A stretch of 63,717 bases of DNA, counting the filler, from Conidiobolus incongruus B7586 (taxonomy: Eukaryota): assembly GCA_000697335.1 (NCBI GenBank). It is 10 parts of 10 records of this genome, joined end to end, with 100 filler letters (N's around TTAATTAATTAA, not from the genome) between each part and the next. Parts side by side here need not be neighbours in the genome. Positions count along the whole stretch, not along the records: positions 8,725 to 16,043 come from JNEM01000208.1; positions 16,144 to 23,878 come from JNEM01000209.1; 8 more parts are not named here. One strand, 5' to 3'. The notes under the pieces were generated by a model. That model searched no databases and was not told the DNA's origin. It saw nothing but the letters and a program-made list of their open reading frames with translations. This document shows, one piece after another, positions 14,030 to 23,978 of this stretch; positions within the stretch are counted from its first letter, which is position 1, and the number at the start of each line of letters is the position of its first letter. The translations under genes and the position numbers were made by a program.

Positions 14030-15228
14030 TTTATGTTATTGTGTTGGCTAGCTTTTATTGGGTATTAATATACCTTGGTGATTCTAGTATATAAATATAA
14101 TGATAAGTGAAGAGAATTCCTGCTAACTATGGAGGCTGGGTTTTGCTATGATATTGAGTATAATGATCGCATAATTCAACGATAACGTTTGAAGGTTCCA
14201 AGGCCAGCTTTGTTATGAAACTTGTGGATACTCGAGCGGTCTTAAATCATTTTCGCTATTACTGCGTAGATTTACTTGATTTTGATTGAGTTGGATAAAT
14301 GTGAAGAATTTGGAATTATTAAAATTGAGTCAAATATTATCCGAATTAACTCATGATAACGCAAGCCAAAGTTCGGCTGTCTTATTGGAGAGCTATTTTG
14401 AATTCCATTAGCTGCGAAGAAAGTAATACATTGAAAAATTTTCGTAGATATTAATACCAGCCCAGTAAAATAATACAGTAATATAATTTGAAAACTGGAA
14501 TGGCTAAAGAAGAGTTCGATTAGTCTAAAAATATTGGTATAGTTATTCTATCTTTCACTGCTCTTTTTCATTGTTAAGATTAATAGAATCAGGATCTGAA
14601 TCTGAATGTATCATCCCAAAAGAAACTATAAGTTGATCATCAGCTAATGTCATAGGATGAAAAGCTCGCCTAATTGTCGTTGATTGGTTTTCTATAGACC
14701 TAATTGAGATTTTCGACCTTGTAAAAATAATAAGGTCAATTGAACTGATATTATCAAAAATATTCAATATCAATTCCTCCAATTTATCTGAACCTCTGAT
14801 AGCAATCATTTGATCATTCACGGAAGTAGTACGCTTTGTCTTGTTTGAGACGGGTAGTTTACTTGAGTATGTAATGATCATACTTGTTGCTTAATATCAA
14901 ACTTGCATTATTCGTCAAACTGATGATCTGTTAAAATACCTTGATCTTTACCTAAAATATCTTCTATGACTAAATACTCATCATTGATATTGTTCATTAT
15001 GTGATATATCAAGTGAGATATGTTGTTTTTGTTTGTTAATCTGGTCATGACTTTCCATTTATTACTCTTAACTTCAAACATTTAATAATAATTCTTTAGA
15101 TTGTTTAAACTGTTACTGATATTATATCATACAAATGTCCACTTTGCTCCATTATAAGTACTGTAAATAATTTTACCTATCATCAATCTTACTCCAACCA
15201 AATTTATTACCACAGATTTGAAGAACTA
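14030..15228 (-). pseudogene. Decayed, 5'-truncated paralog of the kelch gene at 10474-12151
   Basis: ORF 14555-14881 (VNDQMIAIRGS..IFDNISSIDL..RRAFHPMTLADDQLIVSFG) aligns to INDQLIIIGGT..VYDDMYSLDL..GRAWHADSIVNDQLILTFG. DNA at ~14970-15080 matches 11490-11600. TM-region and tail remnants lie downstream with stops and frameshifts. Confidence 0.85.
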
Positions 15229-15365
15229 AGAAATTTTTTAAATTCTGATTTTTCAAACATATTATTAACTTAAAAAATAAAATATTACCAAAACAAATAA
15301 GGAATTATATATGTATATATATATATATATATTAGCTAGTTAGATTAATAATATAACTTTTTAAA
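15226..15365 (+). repeat. Dispersed repeat family C, copy 1 (contains TA run; possible MITE end)
   Basis: Reverse complement (atatataattccttatttgttttggtaatattttattttttaagttaataatatgtttgaaaaatcagaatttaaaaaatttc) aligns to 29790-29926. Confidence 0.75.
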
Positions 15366-15778
15366 GTTTGTTAGTTAATTTAATTATATAAATCAAATTA
15401 TAATTATCAGAAGTTTTTTATTTCAATATTAATAAAACTTAGTCATAAACATTTTAAAATTATTTAAACTTTGTAAGTTGTTGATAATATTAAAAAATAA
15501 TATAAAATAATTGATTATTAATAAGTAAATTATTTTAAAATTAACAAAGAAATTTAAAATCTATTAAAACCTAAAAAACTAATTTTAATTGTTAATTTTC
15601 TATTTATTCATAAAATAAAAATATATATTAAAAATTTATCATAATATTTTAATTTTAGTATATATGTATTATGTTAATTAGATTTAAATTTAATTTAATT
15701 AATAAGTTAATATAATAAATATCTTATAATTTAATTAAAAATTAAAATAAGTTAAATTAATAATTTTTAAATAATAAC

Positions 15779-16043
15779 TTATAATCATAATGATAGTTTT
15801 ATTAATATAATATAGAGGAAGGCCTAATATAAAAATAGTATTTCATAGAATATAACAATATGATATAGAAATTTAAATAAAGTTTAATTAAACTTTAAAT
15901 TGAGATAAGTCATTAATATATTAAAATTTAAATTAAATATTATTAATATATTATAAATTAATAAAATAAAGTTTTAATCTTAGAAAATAATATAAAAAAT
16001 AATAAATAATAAAAATTAAAAAGAAAAAAAATCTAATTTAATA
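15779..16043 (+). repeat. Dispersed repeat family A, copy 2 (heavily C->T/G->A mutated; cut by the gap)
   Basis: aaagtttaattaaactttaaattgagataagtcattaatata vs aaagtttaattaagcttcaaactaagatgagtcactgatata (reverse complement of ~9370-9411); tagaggaaggcctaatataaaaatagt vs tagaggaagacttaatataaaagtagt. Confidence 0.8.
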
Positions 16044-16143
16044 NNNNNNNNNNNNNNNNNNNNNNNNNNNNNNNNNNNNNNNNNNNNTTAATTAATTAAN
16101 NNNNNNNNNNNNNNNNNNNNNNNNNNNNNNNNNNNNNNNNNNN
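16044..16143. other. Artificial contig spacer
   Basis: N44-TTAATTAATTAA-N44. Confidence 0.98.
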
Positions 16144-17617
16144 TAATTTAATTAAAATTTTAAATATAATATATAATGGAAATAAATATAAAGATTTGAT
16201 ATTAAACTACAAGATAATATATAATATTGAATATATTGTTTTAATATATCAATTTATTTTAAATTGATGATATAATATTTTTTACTCAAGACTAAACTTT
16301 TATACTAATTTAATTAAATTTTTAAAATTAATTAATTATATAAATTCTTGAAAAATAATTAATTATTTATTTTAAAATTAGAATGATTTTAAAATTAAAA
16401 TATTATTAATATTTTATTACTAGATAAATATATTCAAAATTTCAAACATTCTGGATTTATATTGGGAAAATTATGAAATTTCTATTTATCAAAAACCTGT
16501 TTATAATAATTTATATAATATTCAATATTAAATAATAAATTTAATGATTTATAATTTTAATTAGTGAATAACTCATTGAGTTAAAGCTTCTGTGGGGAAA
16601 AATTATTGAAATATATAACTATAATATGTAAAATATCTATTACATTGTTGAATTATGAGAATTTGAAAATATTCAAAATAATTATAAAATCAAGTGTATA
16701 TTAGTTTATAAAGTTAATTTGAAAATCAAATTTAATTATAATATTCTTTCTGACCAAAGTATGTTGACTGTACTAACTACACTTTCAAAGCGTTTAAGGT
16801 ATCATAAGTTAATATTTTATATTAAACAATTATGTCGTTGATATATCATTAATATTGTTTTGATGAAGGTGTTAAAAGAAGGTATAATGGTTTAAGAATG
16901 GTTTTTGGAGGTGAGACATCATGGTGTGATGAGTAAATAGATTGTTTTAAGTAAAAACTAAAAGATCAATCAATTGTCACTTAATTGAAACAATTCGTAT
17001 TTATAGGCTTAATAATATAAATTTATTGAATTTTTAATCTTAGTATAATAAACTAAACTAATTTCAAGCAACTTTCATTTATATAATTAAGTTGAATTTA
17101 AAAATTGGAATAACTATTATAAAAAAATTAAGTCTAAATAAAATAAGTCTCAAAATCGTTTTTTAGTCTAATATTTATATAATAACAATCAAAGTAGGTT
17201 TAAATAGAATTAATACTAGTAGCGATAATACCAATTCAAATATTTAATATCATTTAATCATAATTAAAACAAATCCTTGATAATAATAAAAATGAAATAC
17301 AGAGTTTATTTAAATAACTTTTCTAGTTAAACTATTAATAATATGCTTCTATTTAAACTCAAATGAGTTTAATTCACTGTTATTTTGTAGATATACATTA
17401 TGATTTTGTTATATAAATTCATTTATTACCAATTATATATTTACCACCTAAATTAATCATAAGCCTTGATTATATACCTATGAATTGTAAGATATAAGCA
17501 TATCATAATAAACTGACTACAAATATTGTCATCTGAAATCTAACGTAGTAGTTGTCAATTGATATAATTATTCAAATTTTATATTTTATATTGTAATATT
17601 TTCGACAAAATAAAAAG

Positions 17618-17960
17618 TATATTGCGGGTCTGCTGGAAAGTAGCCTTGCAATAAGGATCAAGCAGTTTCGATAAAGTGGGCCAATGGTGGATAACGAGAT
17701 ACTTTAAAGGGATTTTATTAAAACACCAAGATGTAGGGCTTGGCCCTGATCGAGGGAATCCCTGAGCGAATAGGTGCCCAGTGACTATTTGATAATGTGG
17801 TTAGTCCTTTGCTAGTGTGTTGAAACTCCAATTACTGTTATAGTCTAGAATTTTCCATTGTGTAGGGGTTGTATCTGGTATTTGGGAGTGAATTACATTT
17901 GGAATCATGATAGAGGATTAAATTGAATGGTAAGCGGACCTCCCGATCCGCGACAATATA
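17618..17960. ncRNA. Candidate structured non-coding RNA of unknown family
   Basis: Sharply bounded GC-enriched island in AT-rich intergenic DNA with no credible ORF or splice structure. Ends are complementary (TATATTGCGGGTC / GATCCGCGACAATATA) and there are several internal hairpins. No family motif matched convincingly. Confidence 0.5.
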
Positions 17961-18335
17961 AAATATATTGACATTATTTTCAGCTAGTAAATTTTCTTTA
18001 AAGTAGTACATATATATATTATAAAAGCTAAGGGAAATTGAATATAAATATAGACTTACATAAAAGCCAATTATATGCATATTTGATCATGTTGTTTCAG
18101 AGTACAATTTTAACTATATGATGTACTTGAAAAGTATGGTTTTGTATAAATGTCTAAAGTGAGGAATATATCAGAGTTCAACAAAAAACAAAAAATAGAT
18201 ATAAATAAAATTGATTTGTTGTCAGATATAGTGTTATTAATGATTATAGATTAAAATAATATATACAAATAGTTGGAAATTATGATTTATTTGGTAATTT
18301 AAAGATTAAAAATAAGAGACAAAGTGAAGAATGAT

Positions 18336-20022
18336 TTAGATATTGGCCTTAGCAGAAATAGTGGTGATTTCATCATATAAGAGGGTAGTGATAAAGTCAG
18401 AGTATTCTTCTCCAATCATTTGACGAGCCAAAATTTCTTTAGCTTTCAAATATTTGGTAGAGGCAAATCGAGCTCCTAAGCTTTGTTGAAGTTTGGTGAT
18501 TTCCTCATCTAAAATCTTGTTAAGATATTCAGGAGTAATAATTTTACCCTCGGCAGTTACACTTCTGTGATGAGCCCATTGCCAGAGCTGAGAACGAGAA
18601 ATTTCAGCAGTAGCAGCATCTTCCATTAAATTGTGAATAGGGACACATCCAGAACCACGTAACCAAGCTTCAATATAAGTTAAACTAACAGAAATATTGG
18701 AACGAACACCTTGTTCAGTAATTTTTCCTTCAACGCGGGGATCAATTAACTGAGAAGCAGTAACCTTAACATCATCACGAGTAATATACAATTGGTTGGG
18801 AGAAGGCATATATTCATCAAAGATCTCCTTGGCAACAGGAATTAAAGCTGGGTGAGCAACCCAGGTACCATCATGTCCATTCTTAACTTCATTTAATTTA
18901 TCATTGCGAACTTTAGTAAGAGCTGCATTGTTAGCCTTTTCATCATTCTTGATAGGGATTTGAGCAGCCATACCACCCATAGCATGGACTCCACGACGGT
19001 GACAGGTCTGAATTAAAAGTTTGACATAAGCACTCATGAATGGGGTAGTCATAGTGACATCAGATCTATCAGGAAGAACAAACTTGGGATCGTGCCTGAA
19101 TTTCTTAATAAATGAGAAGATGTAATCCCATCTACCACAGTTTAATCCTGAGGAATGCTCTCTTAACTCATAAATGATTTCTTCCATTTCAAAAACAGCA
19201 AGAATAGTTTCAATTAAAACAGTAGCTCTGATAGTACCTCTAGGTAATCCGATGGTGTCTTGAGCCATGTTAAAAACATCATTCCAAAATCTGGCTTCTA
19301 AATGGCTTTCCATTTTGGGGAGATAAAAGTAAGGACCAGCACCAATTTTGAGAGTGTTCTTAGCATTGTGGTAAAAGTACAAACCAAAGTCGAATAAAGA
19401 AGCCGAGACAGGCTCATTATTGATTAGAAAATGTTTTTCTTCCATATGCCAACCTCTTGGTCTAACAATTAAAGTGGCAACTTTATCATTTGGACCAATA
19501 GAATAGACCTTGCCATTAGGAGCAGTATAGCTGATATTTCTGTTAACGGCATCTCTCATATTAATTTGTCCATTAAGAATATTTTCCCAAGTAGGGGCAG
19601 TAGAATCTAAGTAAAAACTGTAAGTAAAAAAATAAAAAAATATATTGAATGTAAGTACCTTCGAAATCAGCCATAAAAGTAGGTGAGCCAGCCTTCAAAG
19701 CATTAATAACCATCTTCCTATCGACAGGACCAGTAATTTCAACTCTACGATCAACAAGACCAGGAGCAGGAGGAGCACCCTTCCAAGTTGGGTTTTCGCG
19801 AATATGCTTGGTCTCTGGTAAGAAATCGGGAAGTTCGCCGTTGCGAATGCGGGCTTCACGATCCTTTCTAGCTTGGAGTAATCTCTTTCTGGTTGGGTTA
19901 AAAGCTTTGTGAAGTTGAACAACAAATTTGATAGCTTGAGGAGTCAAGATTTCCTCTTGAGCTTTGGTAACAGGACCCAATACAGTGACTTCAGGAACTC
20001 TAGGGTTAAAAGTAGAAATCAT
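18336..20022 (-). CDS. MLS1: Malate synthase A (glyoxylate cycle; ~544 aa; exons 20022-19659, 19606-18336)
   Basis: [15 protein letters not shown] completed across the 52-nt intron 19658-19607; [48 protein letters not shown]. Confidence 0.98.
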
Positions 20023-23000
20023 TTTAATGAATCTTGTTGAATGAAATAGACGAAAATGGGGCTTGAGAAAGAGCAGATTGGTTAATTTAATTACAAGAGC
20101 AAGGAGTGATAATAACAGTCCAAAATAGTTTCCAATTATTCTTTTTTATACTGAATTCATGCCGATTTATTCCAAATGATTTTCACGTGTTTCAGTGTAT
20201 AATTAGGGTTTACCATTTAAGTGTGATTGATTCAATCTCAGTGTAAATAATTGCTAGGACGTCATCGTTATTACGGATTAATATTGGTGAAGTTGCACAT
20301 GAAACAAAGATGTCATAACCATCAAACATAATTATATCAGGTATTCCTAATTTGAAATAATCCAAGTGTGCATTTAAGAATAGATTAGATTGAAATTAGA
20401 TTGGAATTAGACTTTATTATTTATTAGACTAAATTCCTCAAGGATCTAATATTTACTTTTAGTGAAGTTTGCGGATGGCTAATTGAACTTACAAAATGTA
20501 GAAATTAGCCAGGTATTCCGGTCCATCCGAATATCCAGTGGAAGATTTCGGAAGAAATATTGATATCATTAAAATAATTTAATTAGAGTCAGGAGGCTCA
20601 AAGAATCCATCTTTAATTTTAGGGCTTATGACCTGTCATCATTTAGTAGAGTAAGCGTTTTCTTCATATAAAATGCTCATCTTATATCAAAATTCATAAA
20701 CTTATCCATTCTTGTTGAGTGTTGATTATTGAGTTTTAGCAGTCAATTGGATAATGAATGGATTCAAAATGCTGATATCACTAAAATGGATGACAAAAAG
20801 GCTTGATCAAGTAACAAAAGATCATTTCATTATGGATATTCATACACTTGTGACTTGGATGGCGCATAATAGGTTCCACTTAGAATTCAACATAAGCAAA
20901 ATTATTTTTCATTTATTTTACTTTGTAAATCTATTCAATAATTATTGAGATAATATGTGAAATTATATACACATTCATTATACTTTGATAATATATGATT
21001 TAATCATCATTTTCAGAACACAATAGTCACATTAATAAACAATCCACATCTTAAAACCTTAAAATATTAATATAATTAATATTGAATCATCATTAATTCA
21101 ATTATTCTCGTGACCAGGTGAGTAAATATTATTTTTTATATTGCTTGTATGGATGGATTGTAATAAAAAAATTCAATATAACATAAAATATAAAGAATAA
21201 ATATTGGTATTTTGAGTTTTATGTTGATTAAATATAGGAGATATTCTGTTATGTTTGAATTTTTTTCATTAAATGGATTGTAAGAAATTTAAAATAAACT
21301 ATACTGAATAAAGATGAAAAATGTTTTTATATCAAATTATTATTAAATGAATCACTCATTCAATAACAGGTATAATCTGGTGGATTAATCATGTATTTTT
21401 CTAATTTATATAGTTTGACTGATCGTATTGATGTTAGCCATTTGAATATGAATATTAATTTACAACTTCGTTTTAGTTATGAAAATTCAATATTACTACA
21501 ATGTATTTAATTTTTATTGTTTTTAATACTATTAGTTCATTAGTTGTTGATCAATGTATATAAAAAATTATGCAAAATGAATGAAGAAGGATCAAAATAG
21601 AATATGACTTGTATTATTGATATGTATTCAATCATATTATAATATTAATTTTTAATACTATTGATTGAATATAGGTTATATCATGCTAATATATTTATTA
21701 TGATTAATAACAATTATTTAATATAAATTTACTATTAAATCGATGTTAATATAATTTGAATATATTTTTTCCAAATATTGTTTTCATTTCACTATTAAAA
21801 TAATCCAAAAACATCAATACTAAAAATGATATATATAAATACATACTTTGATCATTAAATTAATCATTATTACATTTAATTTATGTATCAATTTTTTTAT
21901 TCTTACACCTGTTTATATATTATTAATTCTTATTTTTTCATATATTAATATACCATATTAATTTAATTTCATTTTTAAAAATATCAACAGAAAAAATATA
22001 TAATTTTCTACTATAAAGCTAATATTAATTCATATATCAAAAGATGCAATTTCAAATAGAATATTATATGTTGATATAAAAACTTACTCTAAACTTTATT
22101 ACTCATATTTAATTTATATTTTAATTATTAACCTTTTATAAATAGTCAACGTAAAATATTATAACTTTTGGTTTATACGCAAGTAATGTTATTATAAACC
22201 TCAACCGCTAATATCTTGCAATAATCTTTTGTATTTGCAATATAGATATTAATATTTATCTGTATTAGAATCTTTAATTACAGTTCAAAATGAATTTATA
22301 ATCTGAATTCATTTAATATGAAAGACAAATCATAACTAATACAATATAATATCAAACTTTTTTTAATAAATAAAATTCGAATTTCTATCAATCAACAGTA
22401 TTAAACTATATGAAGTAAAAATAATATAATGAGATTGAAAAATATATATTTTTAAAACTCATCGAATGAGATCAATCATAATCAATATTAAAATTATCAC
22501 TGAATCAATTAAAGCTTGATAAAATAAAATATTTTTATATTATATTTAATTTAATAACAAGCATAGAATATAAAACTGATCATGTTATTTGACATTCAGT
22601 CTATTGACACTTGCAAAATATTTTTTATTACTATTATTTACCTACTAATATTGAAAACTCTGTAATTAATATTTTCATAAGCTTCTTTAAAAACTTAGAG
22701 TATTGGACTCACAATGTAAACAAGTCAACTCCAAAATCTAATAAAGTTTCCTTGATAAAATGATTTTTCATAATTTAATAAAAATTAGTATTTAAAAATT
22801 ATTAAAATGTTTGAAATAAAGCATAATTGATTTGAAGTAAGTTATTAATCTATTTATATTAATGCTTAAACCTAAATATATAAAGCAGGGTTGAATCCGC
22901 AATACTTAGGAAATTCTATATTTCAATTTTTATTTTCAATGTAAAAATTTTACTTTTCAACTCTTAACATTTTAAAAAACATTTGTCATATATATGAATT

Positions 23001-23878
23001 TGGATATAAATAGGATCAAAAAAGCATCATGATTATAATTTATATAAATCTATTTGTATATAATAGCATTAATATCCAAAGAAATATAGTTCAAAGTTTT
23101 TGTTCTTTTTTTTGCTAAGTAATTAGTTATATTACAAATAAAAATAAACAATTTACTAGGCATATTATAACAAGGTTGAAATTTAAAATAAAATTTATTC
23201 TGATTTTATTTTATTATCCTGTTTTAGCTTTTAATTATTATTTTATTAAGTCCAAGTTCAAATATAAAATAGTTTATTAGTCTTATTAATTGACGTTATT
23301 TATATAAATTACATTTTGTTGCTCTTATAAAATTCTTTATATAATATTGTATACAGCTTGTAATCATCCATTCATAATTAATTTAATTCATACCCCCCTT
23401 CATTTTAATTTTATTTTTTTCTATTAATCATTTTTTGGTTTTTAATTTAAAGCTTATTTTCATTTTAACTAAACTAACCTACCCATATAACCTCGATACT
23501 TTTACTTAACCAAAATTTACAGACAAATATTATAATATTTGAAATTTTAATAAACAAATGATTAATTTAGGAATACAAATATACATTTATTTTAGATATT
23601 ATATAATATATTTGTTTGAATTATTGTTTAAAAATAAACAAAGAGTGATATAATATAACTTCAAATTGATTTGGTAATATAAATATAAATATTAATTGAA
23701 AGTATTATTGAACATAATGATAAACAATTTTTATTATTTAAAAGGTTATATTATTTTAATATTTAGAATAAAATAATATTGAAATTATACTATTATTATA
23801 TAATTTAAATAATAAGCTTATTAAAAATTAAACGAAATAAATAATTTAATTTAAATATATAAAATTTATAATAAAATA

Positions 23879-23978
23879 NNNNNNNNNNNNNNNNNNNNNN
23901 NNNNNNNNNNNNNNNNNNNNNNTTAATTAATTAANNNNNNNNNNNNNNNNNNNNNNNNNNNNNNNNNNNNNNNNNNNN
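23879..23978. other. Artificial contig spacer
   Basis: N44-TTAATTAATTAA-N44. Confidence 0.98.

Noticed and set aside
17618..17960. Identification of the island as RNase P, RNase MRP, SRP, U-snRNA, U3 or a group I intron
   Set aside because: Partial look-alikes exist (GAAAG pentaloop like MRP P8; minus-strand GGAAAAUUCUAGAC like CR-I; ATTGCGGG and TATAGTC like group I P/S). However, I could not form a proper P4 helix, SRP helix 8, snRNA 5' motifs or the correct P-Q-R-S order.
17838..18080. 80-aa minus-strand ORF overlapping the island
   Set aside because: Mostly AT-rich low-complexity translation (Y/I/N/F); no recognisable domain; does not explain the GC island boundaries.
20180..20560. Carbon-source-responsive elements upstream of malate synthase (CACGTG, GACGTCA, CGG/CCG triplets)
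   Set aside because: No exact CSRE consensus; short motifs cannot be supported without conservation data.
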